Notes: generated from the sequence alone by a model not told the origin. A stretch of 64,000 nt of DNA from Candidatus Nanopelagicales bacterium (GCA_030834095.1 JAURGA010000002.1:9004-73003), one strand, 5' to 3'; counted from the stretch's first letter, positions 53,766 to 63,889 are shown. Numbers and translations: made by a program.

Positions 53766-53781
53766 TCGAACAGGTGTTCGG
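53766..53781 (+). promoter_or_regulatory. LexA (SOS) box upstream of recA
   Basis: TCGAACAGGTGTTCGG matches the actinobacterial/Gram-positive SOS box TCGAAC-N4-GTTCGA at 11 of 12 positions. It lies about 155 nt upstream of the recA ATG. Confidence 0.7.
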
Positions 53782-53878
53782 CTACCCTTAACCCATTCGC
53801 GCCGGCGGCTTAACAGCTAAAGGCTCGGATATACCCAGCCTGAGCGGTTCCACACTTCCGTAGATGCCTAGCCTCTGC

Positions 53879-53900
53879 CGTCGGTGGCCTTCCGTACCTT
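53879..53900 (+). promoter_or_regulatory. RecA-NDp type (PafBC-dependent) DNA-damage promoter motif
   Basis: CGTCGGTG, 8 nt, TACCTT versus the published motif tTGTCRgtg-N8-TAnnnT (one mismatch, T to C). The -10 ends 36 nt before ATG 53937. Confidence 0.6.
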
Positions 53901-53936
53901 CAGGACCGATAACGATGATCGATGAAAGGTCAAAAA

Positions 53937-55028
53937 ATGGCTAAAGAACAGCCGGATAAACAATCTGAAAAGATAGATAAGAACACTTCAGATCGCACCA
54001 AAGCCTTAGATAGTGCACTTGCCCAAATCGAGCGTCAATTCGGTAAGGGTTCAGTTATGAAGATGGGCGATCGCGGCCCACAAGTTATGGAAGTTATTTC
54101 AACCGGTTCAGTTGCGCTAGATATCGCACTTGGAATTGGTGGCCTACCTCGTGGTCGTATTGTAGAAATCTACGGACCAGAATCTTCAGGTAAGACAACT
54201 GTTGCACTACATGCAATTGCTAATGCGCAGCGAGCTGGCGGTATCGCAGCCTTCATCGATGCCGAGCATGCACTTGATCCAGAGTATGCCCGCAAGTTGG
54301 GTGTAGATATTGATGCACTCTTGGTTTCACAGCCAGATACTGGTGAACAAGCACTTGAGATCATGGATATGTTGGTTCGCTCCGGCGCAATCGATGTAAT
54401 CGTTGTTGACTCAGTTGCTGCTCTTACACCTCGCGCAGAAATTGAAGGCGAGATGGGCGATTCGCATATGGGCTTGCAGGCACGTTTGATGTCTCAAGCA
54501 CTTCGTAAAATTACTGGCGCACTTCACCAATCAAATACCACCGCAATTTTCATTAACCAATTGCGTGACAAGATCGGTGTCTTCTTCGGAACTCCAGAGA
54601 CCACAACGGGTGGAAAAGCACTTAAGTTCTACGCTTCAATCCGACTTGATATCCGCCGTATTGAAACTCTTAAGGATGGCAATGATGCAGTCGGAAACCG
54701 TACTCGCGTCAAAGTTGTTAAGAACAAGATGGCCCCACCATTTAAGCAAGCTGAGTTCGACATTATTTACGGTGTCGGAATCTCACGCGAAGGTTCTCTC
54801 ATCGATCTCGGCGTTGAAGTCGGCGTCGTAAAGAAGGCTGGCGCTTGGTATACCTACGAAGCTGATCAGCTTGGTCAAGGAAAAGAGAATGCTCGTGCCT
54901 TCTTGATCGATAATCCTGATCTTGCAAATGACATCGAGAAGAAGATTCGCGAACATTATGTTCCAGTCGTTGTCGATGCCGAACTAGTAGCTGCAATTGA
55001 TGAAGCAACCGCTGAGGTTGAGTTCTAA
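53937..55028 (+). CDS. recA: recombinase RecA (no intein)
   Basis: Walker [11 protein letters not shown]1/L2 loops and FGKGSVM. GAAAGG SD precedes ATG 53937; the ORF track opens five codons earlier at 53922. Confidence 0.97.
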   Translation: MAKEQPDKQSEKIDKNTSDRTKALDSALAQIERQFGKGSVMKMGDRGPQVMEVISTGSVALDIALGIGGLPRGRIVEIYGPESSGKTTVALHAIANAQRAGGIAAFIDAEHALDPEYARKLGVDIDALLVSQPDTGEQALEIMDMLVRSGAIDVIVVDSVAALTPRAEIEGEMGDSHMGLQARLMSQALRKITGALHQSNTTAIFINQLRDKIGVFFGTPETTTGGKALKFYASIRLDIRRIETLKDGNDAVGNRTRVKVVKNKMAPPFKQAEFDIIYGVGISREGSLIDLGVEVGVVKKAGAWYTYEADQLGQGKENARAFLIDNPDLANDIEKKIREHYVPVVVDAELVAAIDEATAEVEF

Positions 55029-55033
55029 GTAAA

Positions 55034-55528
55034 TTGAATAACAGTAAAGAGATTGAGGCAGATCCCTACTCTTTCGCACTTACGACTGCGCATTACGCGT
55101 TGGCGCCGAGAGCGAAGAGTAGGGCCGAGCTCCATGCCCATCTCAAAAAACGTGGCGTAGAAGATGAAATTGCGGCTGCAGTTCTAGACGAACTAGAACT
55201 TCAAGGCCTGCTAAATGATTTGGAATTCGCGCAGATCTGGAGCGAATCAAGACAGCGCCAGAAGAAGTTGTCAAAGCGCTCTATCGCACAAGAATTAAAG
55301 TTTAAAGGGGTATCGCAAGACATAATTGACGAGACTCTTGAAAACATTGACGATGAAGATGAATACAAGATGGCTATGACTTTGGCAGAGCGTAAGTTTC
55401 GCTCATGTTCACATCTCGATCATGATGTTATTTATCGAAGGGTTCATGGCCTGCTCTCGCGTAAAGGATTTAGCCATTCGATATCAGGTCGGATTATGCG
55501 TGAATTATTGGGAAGCAACGATAGATAA
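55034..55528 (+). CDS. recX: RecA regulator RecX
   Basis: 164-aa helical-repeat protein directly after recA, with a typical RecX layout. TTG start. Confidence 0.88.
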   Translation: MNNSKEIEADPYSFALTTAHYALAPRAKSRAELHAHLKKRGVEDEIAAAVLDELELQGLLNDLEFAQIWSESRQRQKKLSKRSIAQELKFKGVSQDIIDETLENIDDEDEYKMAMTLAERKFRSCSHLDHDVIYRRVHGLLSRKGFSHSISGRIMRELLGSNDR

Positions 55529-55542
55529 GTAAGATTGCTCGC

Positions 55543-57006
55543 ATGAGCAGCCAATTACAAGCCAGATCTTTTGTGGTTGAAACCTATGGCTGTCAGATGA
55601 ATGCACATGACACTGAACGTATCTCGGGTTTATTGCTTGGCGCTGGATATGTGCAGGCACTTGAAGGAAGCGATCCGGATTTAGTTGTTTTCAATACCTG
55701 TGCGGTTCGTGAAAATGCAGATAACAAACTTTATGGGAATCTCTCATTCCTGGCCCCACGCAAGAAGAGCGATCCAAATTTTCAAATTGCCGTCGGTGGA
55801 TGTATGGCTCAGAAGGATCAAGATTCAATTATCAAACGGGCGCCATATGTTGATGTTGTATTTGGAACCCACAATATTGGTTCGCTTCCAACTCTTTTAG
55901 AACGGGCTCGCATCGAAGAAGAATCTCAAGTTGAGATTAAAGAGTCACTAGAACATTTTCCATCAACCTTGCCTGCGCGACGTCACTCAGCATTTAGTGC
56001 TTGGGTCTCGGTTTCAGTTGGTTGCAATAACACTTGCACGTTCTGCATAGTTCCATCACTTCGCGGAATCGAAAAAGATCGCAGCGAAACCGACATCTTG
56101 AATGAAGTTAAAGCTGTCGTTGATCAAGGAGTTATCGAAGTTACCTTGCTCGGACAGAATGTAAATGCTTACGGCGTTGAGTTTGGCGATCGGGGAGCCT
56201 TTGCAAAATTGCTCCGCAAATGTGGCGAGATTCAGGGGCTAGAGCGTGTTCGCTTTATGTCACCACATCCACGCGATTTCACGGATGATGTGATTGCCGC
56301 GATGGCTGAAACGCCTAACGTTATGCCGCACCTACATATGCCACTGCAATCTGGATCTGATCGAATCTTGCAGGCGATGCGCCGCTCGTATCGGAGCGAT
56401 CGCTACTTAGGAATCATCGAGAAAGTTCGCACTGCTATTCCAAATTCCACAATTACGACCGACATCATCGTAGGTTTTCCAGGCGAATCGGATGCAGATT
56501 TTCAAGCAACGATGGATCTGGTTAAGCAAGCGAATTTTCTTGCTGCTTACACCTTCCAATATTCAAAGCGACCAGGCACGCCAGCGGCAACTATGCCGGA
56601 CCAGGTAAGCGATGCAGTAATGAAAGAGCGTTACGACGCACTACATATTTTGCAACAGGAGATGTCACAAATCGTTAATCAAGGAGTTGTTGGCACCGAA
56701 CAAGAAATCTTGGTTGCAGATTATGAAGGTCGTCGCGATGATGGCAAGGCCCGAATGACTGGGCGCACTAAAGATTTTAGACTTGCTCACTTTGCAATTG
56801 AAGAGGGTAATTCGCCTAGGCCGGGGGATGCGGTAATTAGCAAAATTACTAAAGCTTCACCTAACTTTATTTTGGCCGAAGATGCTCCAATTTCAATTCG
56901 CAAAACCCGGGGCGGCGATGCCACCGAAGCCAGAAGTAAAGAGAGTGGCACTACTGCGATCATGGTTGGAATGCCAACACTGTCGCAACTTAAGGCCCGC
57001 TCATAA
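55543..57006 (+). CDS. miaB: tRNA-i6A37 methylthiotransferase
   Basis: [14 protein letters not shown]-domain, radical-SAM CNNTCTFC and a TRAM domain. Next to miaA. Confidence 0.94.
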   Translation: MSSQLQARSFVVETYGCQMNAHDTERISGLLLGAGYVQALEGSDPDLVVFNTCAVRENADNKLYGNLSFLAPRKKSDPNFQIAVGGCMAQKDQDSIIKRAPYVDVVFGTHNIGSLPTLLERARIEEESQVEIKESLEHFPSTLPARRHSAFSAWVSVSVGCNNTCTFCIVPSLRGIEKDRSETDILNEVKAVVDQGVIEVTLLGQNVNAYGVEFGDRGAFAKLLRKCGEIQGLERVRFMSPHPRDFTDDVIAAMAETPNVMPHLHMPLQSGSDRILQAMRRSYRSDRYLGIIEKVRTAIPNSTITTDIIVGFPGESDADFQATMDLVKQANFLAAYTFQYSKRPGTPAATMPDQVSDAVMKERYDALHILQQEMSQIVNQGVVGTEQEILVADYEGRRDDGKARMTGRTKDFRLAHFAIEEGNSPRPGDAVISKITKASPNFILAEDAPISIRKTRGGDATEARSKESGTTAIMVGMPTLSQLKARS

Positions 57007-57009
57007 TTT

Positions 57010-57924
57010 ATGAGCAAGTTAATAATAATCTCTGGTGCAACAGCCACCGGAAAAAGTGATTTAGCAGTTGCTGTCGCGAAAGAATTAAAGGCAGAAATAA
57101 TCAGCGCAGATTCAATGCAACTTTACAAAGGCATGGATATCGGGACTGCGAAGTTAACACTTGAAGAGCGAAGTGGAATCCCACATCATCTTCTAGATGT
57201 TGTTAGCGTTAAAGAGGATGTAAGTGTCTCTTGGTATCAAGAAGTTGCCCGGGCGAAGATTGATGAACTGCGAAAGCAAGGTAAGAACGTTGTAGTAGTT
57301 GGTGGCACGGGTCTATATATAAAAGCAATACTTGACGATTTGAATTTTCCAGAGACCGACCCAGATGTTCGCGAAAAACTGAATGCAGAGGCGGAAAAAA
57401 TCGGTGGCAATGCGATGCACGAAAGACTTTCAAAGCTAGATCCAGCTGCCGGACTTGCGATTCCAAAAGAGAATGTGCGCCGCGTGGTTCGAGCCCTCGA
57501 AGTTATCGAAATTACCGGGAAACCGTTTACCGCGGTATTGCCACGAGTTGATTCGTCGAAGTATCCAGATGCCACGCAATTTGGGCTTGCCATGAATCGT
57601 GAAACTCTCGATGCCCGAATCGATAATCGAGTTACAAGAATGTGGGAGCTAGGTTTTGTTGATGAGGTTGAATCCTTAATTGATAATGGAATTCTCGAGG
57701 GCCGAACTGCGCAAGCTGCAATTGGATACGCCCAAATCATCAGAATGAAACACGGCGAGTTTGATGAGGCTTTTGCCCGCGAAGATACTGCCCGAGCAAC
57801 CCGGCAATATGCCAGACGCCAGGAAACCTGGTTCAGTAAAGATCTCCGGATTACCTGGCTTAGTGCGAAATCAAATCTTTCAGAGCGCATGGATTCAGTT
57901 CTACAGGCTATTCTCAAATCATGA
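57010..57924 (+). CDS. miaA: tRNA dimethylallyltransferase
   Basis: P-loop GATATGKS, SADSMQLYKGMDIGTAK and HHLLD. Confidence 0.95.
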   Translation: MSKLIIISGATATGKSDLAVAVAKELKAEIISADSMQLYKGMDIGTAKLTLEERSGIPHHLLDVVSVKEDVSVSWYQEVARAKIDELRKQGKNVVVVGGTGLYIKAILDDLNFPETDPDVREKLNAEAEKIGGNAMHERLSKLDPAAGLAIPKENVRRVVRALEVIEITGKPFTAVLPRVDSSKYPDATQFGLAMNRETLDARIDNRVTRMWELGFVDEVESLIDNGILEGRTAQAAIGYAQIIRMKHGEFDEAFAREDTARATRQYARRQETWFSKDLRITWLSAKSNLSERMDSVLQAILKS

Positions 57925-58712
57925 TTGGAACCTACGGGCACGGAACCGAGAACGACTTTGTGCTGATCTTTGATCCAGAGAGCAAAGTTGAAATTTTGTC
58001 CGAACAAGTTCAGGCAATCTGCAATCGAAAAACCGGAATTGGCTGTGATGGTTTTATTCGGATCGGAAAAGATAGTGGCAAATGGTTTATGGATTACCGC
58101 AACAGTGATGGTTCGGTTGCCGAAATGTGCGGCAACGGTATTCGCGTTATGGCAAAGTATTTAACAGAGAAGGGTCACCAGGCAGCCGGGATTTTTCCTA
58201 TAAATACCCGCGATGGTATGAAGTATTTATCAGTTCCAGAAACTGGTGACATAACAGTAAACATGGGACAGATTCGTGAAGTCTTTGGCGAAATTTCTGT
58301 AACTGCAAATGGCCACACTTGGACTGGTTACAACATCGATATGGGAAATCCACATGCAGTTGTGTTTGTCGATGACATCAATCAAGTCGGAGACTTATTA
58401 ACTGCTCCGATAGTTGAGCCGGCAGATGAATACCCAGATGGTGTAAATGTGGAATTTGTTCAGTTCTTACCTGATGGTGAATTGAAAATGCGCGTTCACG
58501 AACGTGGGGTTGGCGAGACAAAATCTTGCGGAACCGGAACCTGTGCGGTCGCACTTGCTGCTTCACTTAAAAAAAGAAAAGGACTTCCCGCAAATTGGAT
58601 TATTAATCCACCAGGCGGTCGCTTAAGTGTTGAAATTGATTCACATAGCAATGCGATTCTTACTGGTCCAGCAGTGTTAATTGAAGATTATGATTTGAGT
58701 AAATATCTGTGA
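57921..58712 (+). CDS. dapF: diaminopimelate epimerase
   Basis: Both catalytic Cys contexts are present (EMCGNGIR and KSCGTGTCA), plus NDFV near the N-terminus. ATGA overlap with miaA. Confidence 0.93.
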   Translation: MIGTYGHGTENDFVLIFDPESKVEILSEQVQAICNRKTGIGCDGFIRIGKDSGKWFMDYRNSDGSVAEMCGNGIRVMAKYLTEKGHQAAGIFPINTRDGMKYLSVPETGDITVNMGQIREVFGEISVTANGHTWTGYNIDMGNPHAVVFVDDINQVGDLLTAPIVEPADEYPDGVNVEFVQFLPDGELKMRVHERGVGETKSCGTGTCAVALAASLKKRKGLPANWIINPPGGRLSVEIDSHSNAILTGPAVLIEDYDLSKYL

Positions 58713-60151
58713 GCAATGAGAAGTTAAATATCGATAACTTGTTGGCTGAATCAGCCAAAGTAGCAGCCGAGTTTGATGCTGCCGAGAATAAAGTTGAAGA
58801 TTGGGAGAGTAACCAGGCTGATTTACAAGATCGCCAAGCACTTCGTCGAGTATCGGGATTATCAACTGAACTACAGGATATTTCAGATGCCGAGTATCGC
58901 CAGCTTCGGTTAGAGAAAGTTGTTTTGGTAGGAGTCTGGACCGAAGGAACTGCCCAAGATGCCGAAAATTCATTAAAGGAATTAGCCGCCTTAGCTGAAA
59001 CAGCTGGATCGGAAGTTTTAGATGGCTTAATTCAACGGCGAGATAAAGCAGATCCTGCAACATTTATTGGTTCTGGAAAAGTTATGGAACTTCGTCAGTC
59101 AGTTGTAAATACTGGCGCCGACACTGTTGTATGTGATGGTGAACTTTCACCGGCCCAACTTCGTAATCTTGAAAGCAAGGTCAAAGTAAAAGTTGTAGAT
59201 CGGACTGCTCTGATTTTAGATATCTTCGCCCAACATGCAAAGAGCCGAGAAGGTAAAGCCCAAGTTGAATTAGCGCAGATGACATATCTTCTTCCAAGAC
59301 TTCGCGGTTGGGGTGATTCATTATCGAGACAGTCTGGTGGTGCTAGCGGAATCGGCGGTCGTGGCCCCGGTGAAACTAAGATTGAAACAGATCGTCGTCG
59401 AATCAATGACAAGATGGCGAAGCTTCGTCGTGAAATTAAAGAGATGAAAACTGCTCGAGATACTAAGCGCCAAGAGCGCCGTCGCCACAATATTCCATCG
59501 GTAGCAATTGCTGGCTATACGAATGCAGGCAAATCATCTCTTATGAACAGATTAACTGATGCCGGTGTTTTAGTTGAAAATGCGCTCTTCGCAACCCTGG
59601 ATCCAACCGTTCGCAAAACAACATCTTCAGATGGCCGGATCTATACCTTGTCTGACACTGTGGGATTTGTTCGCCATCTGCCGCATCAATTAATTGAAGC
59701 ATTTAAATCAACGCTAGAAGAGGTTTCTGGGGCCGATTTAATTGTGCACGTTGTGGACGGCTCGCATCCAGATCCGCAAGAACAGATCCGGGCAGTGCGC
59801 GAAGTAATAACTGAAATCGGTGGTGGTGAGATTGCCGAGATAATTGCGATCAATAAAGCGGATATTGCACCTCCTGAAAAACTTATGCAGTTACTGCGCG
59901 AAGAGCCAAACAGTTTTGCATTTTCGGCTCGCACCGGATTTGGAATTGATACCTTGGTTGCGGCAATCGAGAGCGCACTACCAAGACCAAAAGTGGAGAT
60001 TAATACCGTGATTCCATTTACTAGGGGCGATTTAGTCTCGGCAATTCACGAACGTGGTGAAATCTTCTCTGAAGAGTATTTACCGCAAGGCACATCGATA
60101 CATGCTCTGGTGGATGGTTCACTTGCCAAAGTGATTGAGAACTTAAAGTGA
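58709..60151 (+). CDS. hflX: GTPase HflX
   Basis: HflX N-domain and G-domain GYTNAGKSSLMN, DTVGF, NKAD. GTGA overlap with dapF. Confidence 0.94.
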   Translation: MSNEKLNIDNLLAESAKVAAEFDAAENKVEDWESNQADLQDRQALRRVSGLSTELQDISDAEYRQLRLEKVVLVGVWTEGTAQDAENSLKELAALAETAGSEVLDGLIQRRDKADPATFIGSGKVMELRQSVVNTGADTVVCDGELSPAQLRNLESKVKVKVVDRTALILDIFAQHAKSREGKAQVELAQMTYLLPRLRGWGDSLSRQSGGASGIGGRGPGETKIETDRRRINDKMAKLRREIKEMKTARDTKRQERRRHNIPSVAIAGYTNAGKSSLMNRLTDAGVLVENALFATLDPTVRKTTSSDGRIYTLSDTVGFVRHLPHQLIEAFKSTLEEVSGADLIVHVVDGSHPDPQEQIRAVREVITEIGGGEIAEIIAINKADIAPPEKLMQLLREEPNSFAFSARTGFGIDTLVAAIESALPRPKVEINTVIPFTRGDLVSAIHERGEIFSEEYLPQGTSIHALVDGSLAKVIENLK

Positions 60152-60741
60152 TTGATAAAGTTGTAGCTGGAATCCAACGCGGGGAAGTAGTTATTCTGCC
60201 GCTTGAACATAGTTATGTTTATGCTTGTGATGCCTTTGGGTTTGCAGCAGTAAATCGGCTCCATCAATTACGAAATGATCCAAAAGGTGTTGCAGCTCAA
60301 GTTTTAATTGGGAAGGCTCGAACCTTAAGTGGTTTGGCTCAGGGATTGACGGCCAATGTAAGTAAGTTGGCGGAAGAATTCTGGCCAGGATTGTTAACTT
60401 TAAATCTGCCACAGAATCAATCCTTAAGTTGGGATCTTGGGGATGGTGGATATTTGAAAAATTTCGCGGTGCGAATGCCAAATCAAAACGAAACTCTTGA
60501 AGTGCTAAACGCCACTGGTCCATTGGCAATTGCATCGGCGACGCTTGCCGGCGAAGCTCCGGTTCGAACTGCGGCGAACCCACACCATCTTGAAATCCTC
60601 GACATCGGCGAGCTAGAAAGCGGTCCGCTATCGACCGTCATAGTGCAATCTGGCGAAAAATTGCTACTTTCCCGTGTTGGTGCAATCACATTGGAGGATT
60701 TAAGGAAAGTCGACTCGGCAATTGAACTTGCCAAGGAATAA
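60148..60741 (+). CDS. YrdC/Sua5/YciO-fold protein with divergent catalytic motifs
   Basis: Fold markers retained: FWPGLLTLNL, FAVRMPNQ, GPLAIASAT. The canonical PTDT.YG, K.R and SAN.SG motifs read PLEHSYV, RNDPKG and SATLAG. GTGA overlap with hflX. Confidence 0.7.
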   Translation: MIDKVVAGIQRGEVVILPLEHSYVYACDAFGFAAVNRLHQLRNDPKGVAAQVLIGKARTLSGLAQGLTANVSKLAEEFWPGLLTLNLPQNQSLSWDLGDGGYLKNFAVRMPNQNETLEVLNATGPLAIASATLAGEAPVRTAANPHHLEILDIGELESGPLSTVIVQSGEKLLLSRVGAITLEDLRKVDSAIELAKE

Positions 60742-60750
60742 GGTTCATCC

Positions 60751-62028
60751 ATGACTCAAAAGGATAGTGAAGCCTTCTACGGCCCAGATTTCAACGCCCT
60801 GCAGGCGCAAGATCCAGATATTGCTGCAGTTCTTATTAGCGAGCTAGTTCGTCAGCAGAAGAATTTGCAATTGATTGCAAGTGAGAATTTCACATCACCA
60901 GCTGTATTAGCCACTATGGGATCAACGCTGTCGAATAAATATGCCGAAGGTTATCCAGGTAAGCGCTATTACGGTGGCTGTGAAGAGGTAGATAAGGTAG
61001 AAGTAATTGGAATCGAACGCGCAAAGGCTCTATTCGGAGCCGAACATGCAAACCTGCAACCACATTCAGGTGCAAGTGCGAATGTTGCGGTTTATCAAGC
61101 ATTTACCAAGCCAGGAGATAGCGTTCTTGCAATGTCACTTCCTCATGGTGGCCACTTAACTCATGGATCAAAAGTGAACTTCTCTGGCAAGTGGTTCAAT
61201 ATTTTCTCATACGGCGTTCGCCAAGAAGATGAACTTATCGATTACGACGAGCTTCGCGATAACGCAATCGCAAATAAACCAAAGATGATTTGCGTGGGTG
61301 CTACTGCATACCCAAGCCTGATTGACTTTGAGACCGTGCGAAAGATTTGCGACGAAGTTGGCGCAATCATGTGGGTTGATGCAGCACACTTCATCGGACT
61401 CGTTGCCGGAAAAGCAATTCCATCACCAGTGCCATATGCGGATGTTGTCTCCTTTACAACTCATAAAGTATTGCGTGGACCACGCGGCGGAATGATTCTT
61501 TCGAAGGCTGAACATGCAGCTGCTATTGATAAAGCGGTATTCCCAGGCATGCAAGGTGGCCCAATCATGAGCGCGGTGGCTGGTAAAGCTGTTGCACTTA
61601 AAGAGTGCGCAACACCTGAGTATCAGGCGTATGCAAAGAATGTAATTGTTAACGCTAAGGCACTTGCAGCAGATCTTGAAAAAGAGGGCATGCGTGCAGT
61701 TTCTGGTGGAACTCAAACTCACCTTGCATTGATCGACATCAGATCAACTGGCGTAAATGGCAAGGTTGCTGATGAGCGTTGTGGCGCATCTGGAATTGTT
61801 CTAAATAAGAATTCAATTCCTTATGACCCTGAGACTCCAGCAGTTACAAGTGGTATCCGAGTCGGAACGGCTGCTACAACAACTCAAGGAATGGGTGTTC
61901 CAGAGATGTCACAGATTGCTTCTTTTATTGCCCGTGCAATAAAAGATGGTGGCGATGAGAATAAGGCAAAGGCAATTCGAAGCGAAGTAAATGCTTTGAC
62001 TGCTAAATTCCCAATCTACGCCAGATAG
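60751..62028 (+). CDS. glyA: serine hydroxymethyltransferase
   Basis: LIASENFTSPAV, and TTHKVLRGPRGG containing the PLP Lys. 425 aa. Confidence 0.97.
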   Translation: MTQKDSEAFYGPDFNALQAQDPDIAAVLISELVRQQKNLQLIASENFTSPAVLATMGSTLSNKYAEGYPGKRYYGGCEEVDKVEVIGIERAKALFGAEHANLQPHSGASANVAVYQAFTKPGDSVLAMSLPHGGHLTHGSKVNFSGKWFNIFSYGVRQEDELIDYDELRDNAIANKPKMICVGATAYPSLIDFETVRKICDEVGAIMWVDAAHFIGLVAGKAIPSPVPYADVVSFTTHKVLRGPRGGMILSKAEHAAAIDKAVFPGMQGGPIMSAVAGKAVALKECATPEYQAYAKNVIVNAKALAADLEKEGMRAVSGGTQTHLALIDIRSTGVNGKVADERCGASGIVLNKNSIPYDPETPAVTSGIRVGTAATTTQGMGVPEMSQIASFIARAIKDGGDENKAKAIRSEVNALTAKFPIYAR

Positions 62029-62041
62029 AAGTTAATCAAAC

Positions 62042-63145
62042 GTGCGCGAATTTCTTCTGACCATAGCTTTCGCTTCAGCAATTTGTTATTTGGTTACACC
62101 ATATATAAAGACGCTAGCCCTTAAGGCTGGTGCATTTATTCATGTTAGATCTCGGGACACACATACCAAAGTAACGCCGCGTTGGGGCGGAATTGGAATG
62201 TGGGTTTCAATGTCCATTACCTTCTTGGTTGTAAGCCACTTGCCACTTGTCGCTAAATCTTTTGGTCGTGAAGCTACCGGAATTTTCCTAGCAGGAACTT
62301 TCATAATGATTTTGGGCGCTTTAGATGATTTATACGATTTAGATTCAATAACTAAATTCGCTGGGCAAGCTGTTGCAGGTGGAATCCTGCTTCTGCATGG
62401 AGTCCAAATCCTCTGGCTTCCGATAAATGGAATCTATATTCTGCCTCCTAGTATTGGGCAGATATTAACTATCTTGTTTGTTATGGTTGTCATTAACGCC
62501 ATAAATTTTGTAGATGGTTTAGATGGCCTTGCTACTGGAATTGTTGCAATCTGCGCGATGTCATTTTTCGGCTTCGCTTACTTACTGGCAGTAGTAAATG
62601 GCTTAAATCGTGCGGGCGCTCCATCTTTGATTACAGCAGTAATCATTGGAATCTGTATTGGATTCCTGCCACACAACTATCACCCAGCCCGGATTTTTAT
62701 GGGGGATTCTGGTGCGATGTTCCTAGGATTATTACTATCTGCGGCTGCAATAACTTTGACTGGTCAAATCGATGTAAACGCAATTACAAATGAGAGTTCA
62801 AGCAAAGTTTTACTTCCCTTGCTTCTGCCTTTTACTGTCCTAGCAATTCCGCTCTTAGATCTGGTCTTGGCGGTTATTCGCAGATTGCGAGCCGGGCGTT
62901 CACCATTTGCTGCAGATAAAGAACATCTGCATCACAAACTCTTGTCAATGGGAAATTCGCATCGCCGAACTTCAGCAATTCTTTATCTTTGGACTGCAAT
63001 GTTCGCATTCCCAACAGTGGTTGCAGCCTTTGCGCCAATTTGGGTGGCGCTAATTGTTGGTCTCGCGATTTTGTTATCCTCCCTGGCCTTAATTAGAAAG
63101 AGTCTGGTGTCAAAAAATGTCACAGCAAATGCCACAACAAAGTAA
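62042..63145 (+). CDS. wecA: UDP-GlcNAc:undecaprenyl-phosphate GlcNAc-1-phosphate transferase (MraY/WecA family)
   Basis: Polytopic protein with DDLYDL, NAINFVDGLDGLA and MGDSGAMFLG motifs. Holds the rfe position upstream of the atp operon, as in other Actinobacteria. Confidence 0.85.
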   Translation: MREFLLTIAFASAICYLVTPYIKTLALKAGAFIHVRSRDTHTKVTPRWGGIGMWVSMSITFLVVSHLPLVAKSFGREATGIFLAGTFIMILGALDDLYDLDSITKFAGQAVAGGILLLHGVQILWLPINGIYILPPSIGQILTILFVMVVINAINFVDGLDGLATGIVAICAMSFFGFAYLLAVVNGLNRAGAPSLITAVIIGICIGFLPHNYHPARIFMGDSGAMFLGLLLSAAAITLTGQIDVNAITNESSSKVLLPLLLPFTVLAIPLLDLVLAVIRRLRAGRSPFAADKEHLHHKLLSMGNSHRRTSAILYLWTAMFAFPTVVAAFAPIWVALIVGLAILLSSLALIRKSLVSKNVTANATTK

Positions 63146-63590
63146 CGAAACTAATCTTTGGCGCGGTGCGCTAATTCCTGCGGTAACAGTTGCAGCAATT
63201 TCAATTATTGCCGGAATATTGCTTAGAGGGGCTTCTGGTCTTTGGGGCTCATTGTTGGCAAGCGCCACAGTGATTCTCTATTTTTCAGTGCACTTACTAA
63301 TCTCAAAGATTTCTGAGAATTTAGATCCAATGGCAACGATGGCTCTTGCGATGTTCTCTTACTTCGCAAAGGTTATTTTGATGGGCGCTCTGCTCTTAGT
63401 CGTGACAAAGACAACTTCTCCCGAAACAGTAGATCGTCCAACCTTCGCTATCAGCGCACTCTCAATTACGGCAGCCTGGTTGGCTGGCGAGATCCGGGCC
63501 TTTGTGAAGTTGCGCTTTCAACTGCCTTTGCCGCAAACTAAGGGCTCAAATGCGAGCTCGGAAGCTGATTTCAAGTCTGGAGATAACTAA
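63117..63590 (+). CDS. small integral membrane protein preceding the atp operon (ATP synthase protein I-like, tentative)
   Basis: 157 aa with four predicted TM helices. Sits where Actinobacteria carry a conserved membrane ORF between rfe and atpB. Overlaps the wecA end by 29 nt. Assignment rests on position and topology only. Confidence 0.55.
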   Translation: MSQQMPQQSNETNLWRGALIPAVTVAAISIIAGILLRGASGLWGSLLASATVILYFSVHLLISKISENLDPMATMALAMFSYFAKVILMGALLLVVTKTTSPETVDRPTFAISALSITAAWLAGEIRAFVKLRFQLPLPQTKGSNASSEADFKSGDN

Positions 63591-63618
63591 TGGCTAGAGG
63601 CACGAATGGCTAGAGGCA
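63589..63618 (+). repeat. direct duplication of AATGGCTAGAGGCA (period 16)
   Basis: Copies at 63589-63602 and 63605-63618, separated by CG. Each copy carries an ATG. The first opens the 7-codon ORF MARGTNG and the second opens the 63-aa ORF. Confidence 0.95.
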
Positions 63619-63797
63619 ATGAAGAGGGCGCAATGTGGTCAATTTTCGGATACCTGCTATCAGGACTAGTTATTTGGGGCGGCATTGGTTGGGCCTTGGA
63701 CAATTGGCTGGATAAGAATTTCTTTCTCCTTGGGGGACTCCTCCTAGGAGCTGGCTCGTCGCTCTACCTAACCTGGCTCCGTTTCGGGCGCAATTAG
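63606..63797 (+). CDS. AtpZ/AtpI-family small membrane protein (tentative)
   Basis: 63 aa with two TM helices and Gly-rich faces (GYLLSGLVIWGGIGWALD ... LLGGLLLGAGSSLYL). Immediately upstream of atpB. Confidence 0.6.
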   Translation: MARGNEEGAMWSIFGYLLSGLVIWGGIGWALDNWLDKNFFLLGGLLLGAGSSLYLTWLRFGRN

Positions 63798-63889
63798 GCG
63801 CTCTCCAGTTTTGGTTTTAGGCGGACTCCTAATAGTGTTACGCCCGATTCAAATGGCTTCCCAAAAGTTATCTATCTACAGGAGTGTTT

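Noticed and set aside
57237-58007. 256-aa minus-strand ORF antisense to miaA and the start of dapF, the longest unexplained ORF in the track.
   Set aside because: It is Ser/Arg/Ala-rich and low in complexity, with no SD or recognisable motif. It lies fully inside two well-supported plus-strand genes. This is the typical shadow ORF of the antisense frame.
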